From Dimorphilus gyrociliatus (lineage: Eukaryota > Animalia > Annelida): DNA of 64,000 nt. The position numbers were made by a program, and so were the translations under genes. The stretch is from NCBI GenBank assembly GCA_904063045.1, contig CAJFCJ010000002.1, forward strand, positions 2,475,891 to 2,539,890. The letters run 5' to 3'. Positions 14,830-27,519 of the stretch are shown here, piece by piece; the first letter of the stretch is position 1; each line of letters begins with the position of its first letter. The notes under the pieces were generated by a model. The model ran no database searches, was not told the origin of the DNA, and saw only the letters and a list, made by a program, of their open reading frames with translations.

Positions 14830-15230
14830 TAATCTGCATATATAAAGTATATACAGTATATATACATAGTTATTTATTTATTTATTTCTTCCGTCTCTGT
14901 CTCGTTGTTCAATTTCCTGTGTATTATATTTTATCTCTCATATATGTCATAACAAGAGAATCAAAACTTGTAAAAATCTTATCTTAAATATTTACAATAT
15001 CATAACTTCAATCATTATAGACAATTCCCAATAAATTGACAGCTCTGTATGAAAATATATAATGTCAAAGGGATAAAAATAAATTCTAGAATTGTTATTT
15101 CAATTGAAAATCATTAAGTGCCCTTGTTTGTAGACAATTTCCCTTATTCAATCAATTAATAATATTTAAAACAAGAATATAATATGCCAGATAATTAATA
15201 TATATGTATATATATATATGTATGTAAGTA

Positions 15231-15269
<39 letters not shown>

Positions 15270-16650
15270 CAAGTACCATCTTATATAAAAATTCAAAAGA
15301 AAGATATGTATAATAAATTATATCATAAAGTCATAAAGTCATATATAGATAACAACTAACGCCTAAAACTATGAACATAGGTAGGGAGATATGACTATAA
15401 AGATAAATGTTGGCAATGACAGTAAACTAAGAGTTATTTCCGTAACAGGTATACGATTGCTTTCAGCGAGTGGAATATATCCGCTTTTATGAAGTAGATA
15501 TACTGCTAGATTTATAAATATATTCAACAATATAGAATAGTATATCTTAAGGCGATAATTGTCTAGAAAGGCGTTCTTCAACAGCGTTATATTTATCTCT
15601 TTTCCATCATATTATTCTTTTTATGCAGCACAACAACTATAGATGAAGCGTTTACTGTTCATATAAATAATCTGTATATTATCGTATAGATATACACTAT
15701 ATATATATATATATAAATTTATATCATATAGAGATATATAGAAAGTACACTATATCTATAAATACATATTAGCTATATATTTATAAATATTACATACAAA
15801 TCTTCATGTTCGTAGGCGTATTTCGTTTCTTTTAAGTGTACCACAACCTTAATTATTTATTGAAAAATTCCAGTTGTGCACTTGATTATATTAACCGTAT
15901 ATCTATTTATAAGCATGTTTATATTTGTTCCTTTTTTAAAGATTTGTTGATCACTAAGCTTGGAATTTTTCCTTTTTTTCTTACACATTTAGACGTCCTT
16001 CCTAAAACCTCTCACTAGTTGAGGCTATAGTTGCATCAAAAGGCGAAAGATGGCGCGTAAGAAAGCCCTTTCCATCTCCTATCCCTTTTACCTCTTAAGA
16101 ACTTCTAAAAGCTAAGCTTATACGCTTATATCCCTGAAAAGAAAATTTCATTATAACAACTTGGAGAAGCTTTAGAAGACGCTATAAATTTATTAAGGAA
16201 CCTAAAAGTTATAAACAATTGATTTATAACTAATTTACTTCTTTTATAAATTGGCGTAAGCATTCTTGCAACAAATAGAAAAATAATTATTAGTTTAAAA
16301 TATATAGAAATTATTAGATTGTTTTCCATTAAAGAAACTTATTATCACTTAGATTTCCTCTCAACTCAGTTATTAATTTTTCAATAAAGAACTGAAACTT
16401 GCCTTCTTACCTTTAATTAAATAATATTTGAATAGAATATAATAAACTCATATGATTCACAAAGGAAATCTTTATCAGATTCTTTTTGTAATGAATTGGT
16501 AGAGGTTTTCTTCATTATTACATTCTGTCTCAGAAATAGATTAGTCTACTGTAAAGGAAAGAAGAATAATGCACATATGATATAAAAATCAACCCTCTAT
16601 TTAAATATTTTTGTGAAAGGATAGAGTCTATCAAACTTATTTTCGTTTTC

Positions 16651-16653
<3 letters not shown>

Positions 16654-16693
<40 letters not shown>
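16654..16693. repeat. (CT)n microsatellite
   Basis: Directly visible dinucleotide run. Confidence 0.95.
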
Positions 16694-16695
<2 letters not shown>

Positions 16696-17014
16696 AACTA
16701 TTTCTATCTATGTATCTATCCATATATCTATCTATTTATCAATTTATCTATTTATTTGTCTCTCCCTCTTTCTCAGTCTTTTTTTTATCCTTTTTTATCC
16801 TTTTTTTTATCTAGTCAGTCTCTGACCGAGTTACAGTTTTATTCATGATCCTTACTTAAGGGGGGACAATAGGCCCGTTAAATATTTTATAAGTAGTTTT
16901 GTAGGAAAGTAAAGGCTCCTAACAACTGATAAGAAGCTTGATAAATTAGAAAGCATTGGAACCCTAATTGTTGACTGAATTAATGGGTCGTGTAATTTGT
17001 GAATGGGTTCACTA

Positions 17015-17026
17015 TAGATGGCAGCA
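17015..17026 (+). promoter_or_regulatory. CTCF-like motif
   Basis: TAGATGGCAGCA; motif match only. Confidence 0.5.
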
Positions 17027-17516
17027 TATTTAACCTTCAGTTACTTTACTTTATTCCCTTAGAATAATGAAATCTTTTCTTTCTTTTTTTTTAACCGGAT
17101 CGACCACCCATTTCGAAATAATCACACACTCGACCAACAATAGAACACTCCTAATCATTGAAAAACTGCACAATATAATATTATCGTAAGAAATGTGCTT
17201 CCCTTGTAGAATCGAAACGATTTGTCAATAATATATTATTATAAAAGTAAATACTATTTAACGACCACGATGATACGTGGGAATATTACACGTCAGAAAT
17301 ATTGCTCATAAAAGCTGCTTAATCCATAGATAGCATAGCAAACAACCAGCATTTATCAATATTCTAAATCTAAACACTTATTTAAGGTTCGCAGCCTTTC
17401 TTCTATACAATCGAATCAGTAAAGTGTAGAAATAAGCTACTCAGTTAATGTAGCAAGTCAAACAAACTTTTTCAAAGCCGACAAAACACCCTTTTCAACC
17501 GAAAAATCCTCTTCGG

Positions 17517-17529
17517 GCGCCCCCTGGTG
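17517..17529 (-). promoter_or_regulatory. Near-canonical CTCF motif
   Basis: Reverse strand GCACCAGGGGGCGC, 13/14 identical to the canonical CCACCAGGGGGCGC. Confidence 0.65.
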
Positions 17530-20500
17530 CGTATAAGTGTACTTCACTCGACCGACGGACACTAATCAATGCTTCAATGCTTTCATATAAATTCCACCGT
17601 TCAATTCATTATTTTTCTCAATACTTTTTGAATAAATGTTTTTATAGGTGTTTTATTCTTTTTCAATCAGCTCGTAGGTGTAGATCTCTTAAACCAAAGA
17701 TTTCATATAGTGGAATATTCGATACTTGAAGTGCTTATCAAAGGTTTCGGATAAAAAAACCAATTAAAATCAACCAATCGGATAATTCTATAAGCATCTC
17801 AAAATAGTTCGGACGGCTCTATATTGAGCGTTGCATTTCTTAAATACAATAATTATGATATTGTACGTTCATGATTAGCTTTCCTTTTCTTATAATTCAT
17901 TTTAAAACTAGTTATAGAAAAAGTCGAATGGGTCACTTACCACGCATAATAAGATTCAAATATAAGCAAATAACTAACACGCAGCATGGTGCCCTATTCC
18001 GCAATCTTTTTATGCCTTATTTGTCAAACGAATCCAGCAAAACGGAAGAATCTCATCAATTAATCGATTAATTAGACTTATAAGCGTTGTAAAGCAAGAC
18101 CGACTGTTGACAGAGAAATATTTGCAAACCAAAAGGTAAATAAATTAAATGATAATTTTTTTACAATTAATTACAAACTCTTTATCGTAATCTATGAAAA
18201 ACTTAAAAAAAGTGATTCCTATTTATATATTGAATCACTAAATAGAGTTATTTATTTTATTTATCTTCTCTATATATTTATTTTCGTCGATGATATGTTT
18301 AAAAAATATAACGGCAATTTATTATAGTTACATAAAGTTGAAAAGTGAAAAAGAAATTTGTATTTATCTCTCTCTCCCTCTCTCGCTTGTTCTTAATCTC
18401 TTTTCTTCACTCCTTCTCATTTTCAACACTCTTTCTCTTGTAGATAAAAAAATGACGATCAACCTTTAGAAAAAAATTCTGAAATTCTGAATAAAAGAGG
18501 AAATATGCATTAAGCCTATAGATGATCTAAATTTTTCATACTGATTATGATGAGGCATTGTTTGGTGTGTATTTAATGAGATAATAAAAAATTCGAGTGT
18601 TAAAAATGTTAATATCTAATAAAGATAAAGAAAAGTTAAAAGCTATGAAGAAATAAAATATTCATCCAAATATTCTATATTCTATCGTTTAGTGTTGCCA
18701 AACATTCACCTTTATTTATATATATTCTGCAATAAAAACAACGGAAAGAGAGTAAAGATGAGAGTGATTTAGCAGTCAATTAACTTGCTTATAAACTATT
18801 CCCAACAGTATTTTTCATTTTGTAAAAAGTTGTCTCAACGCCACCTTCAAACCATAAACAATACGATCGAAAGGTATAAATTATGCAAATTTACTACCCG
18901 CTTCAAATAAGTAGGCCGTTAGAGAAAACAAAAGCAGCAACAACAGTTTGTACAATGGAGGATCGATGCGGAAAATATTATGGAAAGCGTAGTGTAATAA
19001 TCTGAGCAAACATTTCGATTTCGATTGTTGCAAGTACAATAAGCGCAACGCTTTGAAAAAGGCTCACTATCCACTGCAGCTCCAGTTCAATTACGGTTTA
19101 ACGACGCTATGAAAGAATTATTGACACGGAACCACCCTATTCCATGTAGGATTAACTGTCATGTCTATTCAAAACGCTCATGGATTTTCTATATATAAGC
19201 GTCTCTATGTTATGCGTCGAGTTTGTAGCCATTCGCAAACTGCGAAAATTGCTTTTTATTGCTTTGATCCGACTTCAGCCCCTTTGGGATGAATGAATTG
19301 GGTAAATAGCCTTTGGGAATGGCACGATGAGACGGTTTATCGCACGTGGTAATACTCACGCCAAAGAAACGTTTTTTTGGGCGGCAGACAAAAAAATCGA
19401 AGCCGTGCAGAGACCGCTTTGATTTTCGAGGGTTCTAATATGAGTAATTTGTACAGGCGTCACTTTTACCGTAGCTGTAGAAGATTAGAAACTCGTGACG
19501 TCATTCAGACCACTTATCGGACACCTGTGGACACAGAACGAATAATTTTTCTTGTTCAAAAGCGGATTAGATTATAATATATACTTTCTTTCTATATTGA
19601 AAATATTTTGTTTACCGCTCCGATTAGGTATTGTATCAAATTTAGGTCAAGTTTCAAAGTGTTTTTAGCTTCGCCCTCAGAAACTTGGGTCGCAAATTAT
19701 GATGTAATTATGAAAGCTAACTGACCATTTCAATTGTTTCCAGCGTCAAATCAACAGTGCTTTATATCTTTTGAAGACCCGACACACAAGCGGGTTTATT
19801 GTGTTATGAAGGCGGGGGGTCTTTGTATCCAAGTTCTTACACCATTGACTACCCTTTGTGTCCGCTGCGTGACTGCAAGAACAAACGATCGAAAGTGTCT
19901 TCTAATAAGTGTATCAATTGTCAACCGTGTCATCGATATTTTCCAACAAATTTTCTCCCCTTTAACTAAATACGTGCCGTGCGTTTATGGCCCCTTTTAC
20001 ACGGTTGTTGCATACTTGTGACCTAGATTTTTTTATTTCCACACATTTTTTTTCCTTTTTATTTTTTTATTAAGTGCGGCAGTCGAAGTTTTTCATAACA
20101 TTTGTTTGACGCGAATGCTTGTTTAGATTTCCCGCCCAAACAGCTGTCGACTGGTTCCCTGTTAACTTTTCGCATCTTTTTCAAGAGATTTACGACTATT
20201 TATCTTGCACGGGCGTTGAGATGATGATATTAGCGTATGACCTAAATTTTACAACCATTCTTCTATAACCCGCACAAAGAAAACATACAATAAAAAGGAA
20301 AGAATTACAATCGTAATTTAGCTAATTTGCGGTTGAATAAACTCTAAACTTTTGTTTATTTGAGGATAATGCCTTTTGATAAAAGCTGTCTTTTGCTGCT
20401 GTAAAATACTCTAATGATAGGATATCATTTGGGAAATCTTCCACTCATAGAGTAGTTCATCCTTGTTAAGTTTTTGTATAAAAACTGTGTCAGCCAATCA

Positions 20501-21463
20501 GAGAAAAGAAAATGCATATTAAATACAACAGTATGGTCGTTGAAGTTTCACCGTTACAATTTATGACGTCATTGACGTTTTCTTTGGACACACTAACTAG
20601 CGGAAACCTTCAAAAATAATTATAAACAGTCATAAACAACAGTAGGCTTTAGAAGGCAAGCTTAAAGCTTAAAAGAAGAGATATTCGTCGATCCGTATAG
20701 TAGCGAGCGGGTGCTGCGTAATTACCCCTATCGACCACATAAAAGAATGTTATCTTATCGCCACCGGCCTTATCTGCCTATGCGAACGAGGAGCGAATAT
20801 TCGGGCAGCTGTTAGACATCATTCGTCTAACGTTTGTTAAACTTCACAGCTAACTTATCATTGTCATTATCTTATTAACGCCTTGTATAATTAATTCAGT
20901 ACGACATCAATGACATTTCTTGCTCTGCGAGGAATGTAAATTATTCGCATTCGTTGTCAAGGATTTCAGGACATCTCGTCCGCGGAATGTCAATTAGTTT
21001 GCATTTAGAGCGTCTCTTTGTTTGTCTTAATTGCCGGCGTGAGGCGTTTCGTGCATGTGGTTGGCAGAATATTCTAGACGAATATTTATACAGTAGGAAT
21101 TCTATTTGTTTTTACTTCTCAATCAAAACTTCTTTACATCTGTTGCTAGGCCATCTCACGCCAAGCAAAACATATAAGCAAACTATCAAATTGTATGTTT
21201 GCACCAGACGCCATTTTTATAAACAAGGTTTAAAAATATACTTTGAGCACTTTCACGTTAATTTCGCTCATTTTATGTAAAAAACAATGTAATTTTAAGC
21301 TCGACAACGATTATAAAACTATTTACTCTTATTACTGACAGTGTAAGCACAGACGCTGAAAATACGACTCCATAATTTTAGTGCATCTTCACAGAACTTT
21401 ACTGACATGCTTCTCAGTATGAAACACTGATATAAGAGTATCTCTCGTTTCAAAGCTGAAGCT

Positions 21464-21515
21464 GGTTTAGGCTCCGCCCACTTTTAAGCTCCACATTTCT
21501 TCCAACCAATCAGCG
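21464..21515 (+). promoter_or_regulatory. FoxD proximal promoter: Sp/KLF-type GC box plus NF-Y CCAAT box
   Basis: GGTTTAGGCTCCGCCCACTT at 21464-21483 and CCAATCAGCG at 21506-21515, about 120 bp upstream of the ATG. Confidence 0.7.
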
Positions 21516-21634
21516 ACTAGCTTTGATAATAAGCATTCGGTGGCTGAAAACTACATCTGAACACGTCTCACTTTATATCGAGAGGCGGCGACTGCTTCAA
21601 ATTTTTTTTGGATTTTCTCTTATTCCTGTCCGAA

Positions 21635-22666
21635 ATGTTGGACATGAATTGCTATACAAATCAAGAAGCGTCTCCCATAGATATGTCTCGCCAAACTGCC
21701 AATGAATTACTAAACTACCAGCAGGTTTTGAATGCGCATAAAAAAGAATTTAAAGAACTCAAGGAGACATATAATTCGTATTTTTCCTCACAAAACGAAG
21801 AAGAAGGTCATCTTAATATCGAAGACGAAGATGATGATGAATTGATCAGCCCCGGTTCCCCTGAAAACTCAGACTCTTCAGAGAAAGGAGATTCGGACAA
21901 GAAGGACGATGATAAGGATGATAAGGAGGTTAAAGGCAAGAAGAACAGTTTAGTCAAACCACCGTATTCTTATATAGCTCTCATAACAATGGCGATTCTC
22001 CAATCTCCTCATAAAAAACTCACGTTATCCGGCATTTGTGACTTTATCATGAGCCGATTTCCTTACTACAGAGATAAATTTCCTGCATGGCAGAATTCAA
22101 TCAGGCACAACCTTAGTTTGAACGATTGCTTCGTTAAAATTCCAAGAGAGCCCGGAAATCCGGGAAAGGGAAATTACTGGACATTGGATCCAGCCTCTGA
22201 AGATATGTTCGACAACGGATCGTTTCTACGCCGAAGGAAACGATATAAGCGTCTCAATGCCGAGTCCATGCACCCAAATAATCATTTTGCCCATCCTCCT
22301 TATCCTCAACACCACGGGCCTCTTCCACTACCATTTCAAGCTCACGGAGGAATAGTTCCTGATCCTCGGGCGGCTTTCTTTTCCCAAATCAACATAGGAC
22401 AATTGGTACAGCAAAGGGCGGTTGCTCTTGCACTAGCACAACAACAGCAACAATTAAGAACATCTGCAACTCAGCAAAAACAGAGTTTTAGCATCGATTC
22501 GATAATCGGTTCAAAAGAGGAGGATAAGAAGAGTCCTTCTCCATCTCCGCCTCCTCAACAGCCAATTTTAAAGCCTCCAATTCCAGTCATTCCGCACCGA
22601 CCTCCGTTCATGGCGAATCAGATGTATTTACAATACGCAGCCGCCTTTGCCACCTTGCCGAGGTGA
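21635..22666 (+). CDS. FoxD: Forkhead box D transcription factor, single coding exon, about 343 aa
   Basis: Forkhead domain [96 protein letters not shown] is FoxD-type. Acidic N-terminal tract and C-terminal eh1 motif FSIDSII. First ATG is 21635; the track's 21608 start is TTG. Confidence 0.96.
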   Translation: MLDMNCYTNQEASPIDMSRQTANELLNYQQVLNAHKKEFKELKETYNSYFSSQNEEEGHLNIEDEDDDELISPGSPENSDSSEKGDSDKKDDDKDDKEVKGKKNSLVKPPYSYIALITMAILQSPHKKLTLSGICDFIMSRFPYYRDKFPAWQNSIRHNLSLNDCFVKIPREPGNPGKGNYWTLDPASEDMFDNGSFLRRRKRYKRLNAESMHPNNHFAHPPYPQHHGPLPLPFQAHGGIVPDPRAAFFSQINIGQLVQQRAVALALAQQQQQLRTSATQQKQSFSIDSIIGSKEEDKKSPSPSPPPQQPILKPPIPVIPHRPPFMANQMYLQYAAAFATLPR

Positions 22667-25600
22667 GTGAGTTGATATATCCGAAAAAAAACTATATACA
22701 CTAACTTATAAATATACAGTATATACATAAAAATTATATAAATACTTCATATACATATTACTATATATATATAAATATATATATATTTATAAAAATAAAT
22801 GTATAAAGGCGTGTCATATAAAATTTAATTCGCAGATGAGATCTGAGTAATTTTCCGTTGTCTTAGTGCGTTGTGTCTGTAATATATTGTTTATATCTTT
22901 GTCAGGCGATGACTATGGAAATATAATTTTTTTTTCTCAATTATATCCTCAATCATTCCGTCGTGTGCTTAATTAATACAGTTTTACCATTTACGTAACG
23001 CCCCTAAGATTTCTCTTTTTTTTTTTCTTCTGCTTCTATTTATAATCTTAACCTCTTATAAGAATGGAAAAAAGTGGGACACAAGGATATTATTTTTTTA
23101 TTATTAAATGTTTGCTCTGTGTAGACCGACAGTGATAAATGGCCTGCGGATTGAAATAAGAATCCTTATAATCTCTATTGTTTCCTAATTCTCTAAACGT
23201 TGACACTAATTATTCACAAAAAGTTTTCCAACTTCTAATAGTTTACGGAGATTGCGGATAATCTGGGTTGGCAACTAACGAAAATGGCCGACTAAACAAA
23301 AGGGCTGCCAAATTTTCGCCGTGAGGCAACGAAGCTGAAGCCTTTAAGTGTAAATGGAAGATTATCCACTCCTATATAGATTGACCGCCCGCGCTTTCTT
23401 GTATCACTAGAACAACAAGTTGTATGACGTCAATACAGACAATTATCAAAGGTAGAGCATCAAATTAATTTCCTAAAATTATTATCTACTGTCTTTTATA
23501 TTTACGCAAAAGTTATAGTATTCCATATTTATATAGGTCAAATATATAATAAATAAGCTATCGATGATAAATACCGTATCTAATAAAATGTTTTATTATA
23601 TACAATCGAAATATTTATTAACTATATGCTTATATCTACATCGGCTCTCTTTTTTATTATGTTTGCTTATCATTTTTGTTTAGCGCTAACGGCGATAAGA
23701 TAAGCGTTTTACGAGCTGATTACATGTTACGCGAAAATATTCTTAATTAAGGCTGTACAGAAAAAATACGAGCCTGGATGTTGGTTTTCATTATTCGTCC
23801 TATATCGATCCATAAATATAATAAATTATGCAAAAAGCTCCATAGATATAGAACAATACGGGCTTTTATAGGAGCCGACGGTAATGGAATAGTACGTGTA
23901 ATATCGCTCACGTATCTATCAATGTTTATAAACAAGTGGCGCGTTTTGGAAGTGGGTCAAGTAGAGATTAGAGCGGAAGCATCTAGCGGTCGCATTCTAT
24001 ATACGTCTATGAAAAGAACATATACGATGAATATGCATGTGTAATATGCAAAAAAAATGGGCGCGAAAAATCGATGTTATCATGTGGGAAATGCTAGAAA
24101 GTATAGAAGTTTAATCGGGCGAAACCATCAACCTCTTAAATGTTAGCCATTGTTTGCAAACTATATAAAAGAGATGATAAAAACAGCGGGCGGTATCACT
24201 TTCCCTTATTCGGGAGCGTTCGGTAGCGATTTCAATGCCCCTCGCGTGCCGATCTGGTTAATTAGCGGATACATGGACGGGCCGTCGCACATGTCCATCA
24301 ATTTTCAGCTTTCTCAAACGAAGAAAAAGGGTGTACTGCTCTCTATTCTATAAACACCTCGAATTATTTTCAGAGAAATTCCTCTTATCCTTATATATTT
24401 ACACTAATTACTCTAGGAATCCTTATAACATTCGAGCGTGTCAAAGTGGCATCTGCCAAAAGAATCATGTTGGGATTCCTACACGAGTTTGTCACACTTT
24501 TTTTACTCAGTGAATTGGTTATTGAATAAACCGATCCCCTGTGCCTTTTAAGGGTTATAAACGCCTGTATGAAGTACAAGTTTCTAATTAACTTACTGTA
24601 GTTGGGTCTAGACTGTTTTTTCTTTTTTTCTTTCCACGTTCTTTTTAGGCCTCGGCTTATTACACTAAACGCCCCCTCACAATCGGTAATAAAGACTTCC
24701 CCCTTATATACATTTATAATACATTCAATTTTCGTAGAATCATTATTAACCGACATTGTCAATTTGTTAATTAGTCAAGCTTTTTATTTCTTTTAAAAAC
24801 TCTTTTTCCACCTTTGCAAGGGTTCCTATAAATAACGAATTATTTACTCTATTAGTTAAAAGAAGAAGAAGATTGTTAGGGGATTATCCAGCTTGTAGGG
24901 AAAAAAATTGTAACATTAATATTAGGCTTTAAGATGTTCGATTGACAGAAGTGCAAAAAATCCTTTGAAAAAAAGAGGGTCACGTGGCCTCGAAGCTGTC
25001 ATAGTTGGGAAACCAGCAAAAGGCGAGCTCATCCGTATCCTAATCAGCAATCAGTAAAAGTTGTAATTACCTGCAAACGTAATATTTTCGTAGTGAAGTC
25101 CTAAAAGGTAGCAGTTCGTTTATTTACAAGGTTTGATCACAATACATTTGTTTATTTGGCAAACTGCTGTTTACTTTGCAAAGGTCAGACGGCGAAAACA
25201 TTCATTTTTCACGTAGCGGGTTGTCTTTCGAATCGAAAATAATTAGGCGTTGCAAACAACATCAGAGCCTATTAATCGAACGAGGACAAACTGACACGGC
25301 GATAAGGAGGTGTTGAGTTTTACTAAATTGACAAACCAGAAGGTCGCTTTTGCTTGACCTTTCTAAAGTTCCGTATAGGGTTAAACCGTTAGAGGCTTTG
25401 CACCATTTAAATATTTGCTCGAAAGGATGGAAAAAGGGGGCAAGGGAGTAGGTCCGTCTAAGAAAATAATTCAAACGTGGTAAACATTAAGGTAGACACC
25501 TCGGGTGGGCGACAACTTCAAAGAGTACATTTTCAAGATATGGGAGGGAAGAAGCAACCAACATGTTTGTTTAAGTCGGGCAAATTTGCTGATTTTGAGA

Positions 25601-27507
25601 AATTGCAAACAGCTGCCTTTGACAAACGTCCAACTGATGCGTACTATACATGCGTATACTATATTGTATCATTCTTATCAAGGCCGCCTGTTTGCGGCGG
25701 CAATCGACCGTCTCGTTCGGAACAAAGTAAAATTAATCTAACACTTTGTTGTTACAAGCTACTATCTTATCTATACACGAATGAGATAAGCGGAGAATAA
25801 GCAATAAAGTCAGATATAAACTAAACATTATCAACAAAACACTCGACGCCAGTCACAAGTGCAAATAATCAACTACACTTCAAAGGGAAAAAAACGTAAT
25901 AAGCGAATGATTTACAATCGGCAGTTAACAAAGACTAATAATTATAAAAGTACATATTTTCCTGTAAAACATTTGCGTCTGTTTGTCAGGAGTCCCTTTT
26001 TATTTGAACTTGTTCAAAAGATAAGAGATTCGGTTCAATAGCATTTTACAGCATTAGATATATATCCTTATAACTGTAATTTAAAAAAAATATGTCTATT
26101 GGCATGCTATAGTCATCATGATATCACTTGAAAATCTATTTGTTATATATATATATATATATGAATATATTCTAAATATATATATATTTATAGCCTAGAA
26201 TTTATATAAAAAGATATATATATATATACAGTATATATATAAATACATTTATATTGATATAGCTTCATCTGTCTATTTATATATATATATATATTTTATA
26301 AATTTGCACAAATATATGCACCTTTTTGCCATACAGATATGGTATAAATACATATATATATATATAAAAGTATAGATATACATATATCAAACAGTTTGCT
26401 CTTGTTTGTCAAAAAAATATGGCTGGCGTTCGTTTAATTCCGACCTTCGTCTAATAGAATTTGTCGGTACTGAATTGAGTCGGGCGAGTGGAAAATATGC
26501 GTTCGTCAAAGGATCAAAGCGATTCGATTTAATAGCGTCTTTTTCAGTCAACTAGATGCCAACTGCAGTTGCAGGAAAAATAGTTGCCAGAAGTAATTTG
26601 GAGGCAGATTTCCTACGAGTTCACCGATTCCGGCTTTTCAACAACTTCACTTTAGTTTATTACCTTGGCGTTTTTCTTTTACTTCATCTACTTGTATATT
26701 TTCCCCAATTTATTGTTAGTTGAACCCTGTAAATGCCTTAACAACGACTCTATAGCTTTTAATATATATATATACATATATATGTATATATTATTTATAA
26801 TAAAATAACTTAAATATACCATATCGAGGAAATTGCATAATTGTTATAAATACATACTTGGCAAATTTCAATATTTTCTATAACAGTGCGCATGCGCCGA
26901 CGACTGGGACACGCAGTGTATGAAACGAAAGTATACTGTATAAAGAAAATAATATACTCTTCACGTATCAGATTATAAGGCACTTTTTCAGCAGTCGTAA
27001 AAATAATATATAATCATGAAATAGATGGGATCAAAGGGAGATTTTTCAATTCGGTAGATGAGAGATTACGGCAGCATCTCATACAAATGTGTTTGTTTCT
27101 GTATCGCTCGTAGCAAGGGCGTCAAAATTCGACCATAAGCTCCTTACTAGAGACGCCTGTGGGTGATTTCCTCGTTTTTCCGATTGATATAGCATATAAA
27201 GTGGAGAAAGTACACAGAAAGCTCTGCTTCCTCAACACATTTTCGAAAAGCGTTCACCACTCAGCCACCGACCGATAAGCCGTCTGCTTGATAACAATTG
27301 TCGTAAATGAATAAATCAAACGGTTTTGATTATAAAATTTAGTTTTATCAAGTTTTGTTATGATTCCTTTATCGCTATCGCATCGGCGCCAACTGCATTC
27401 TTTTTTTCATCTGACATAATAATCTAACTATTCAGACTTATCGAACATCTTGTTCTAGATTTGCCAATATTTCGAATACTTTTTTGGGCCAATCGTTAAT
27501 CGTTCGT

Positions 27508-27519
27508 TAGATGGCGCAC
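27508..27519 (+). promoter_or_regulatory. CTCF-like motif
   Basis: TAGATGGCGCAC; motif match only. Confidence 0.45.

Noticed and set aside
14100-16585. LRR-like fragments on the plus strand (LPN*EILN, NLLRNLKVIN, SLKYIEI)
   Set aside because: Stop density of about 1 per 16-20 codons is close to AT-rich background, and no consistent exon model emerged; BLASTx would be needed.
23747-26041. Several 60-123-aa ORFs downstream of FoxD, and similar ones at 33872-35438
   Set aside because: No domain motifs, many non-ATG starts, overlapping on both strands, and no splice-phase continuity.
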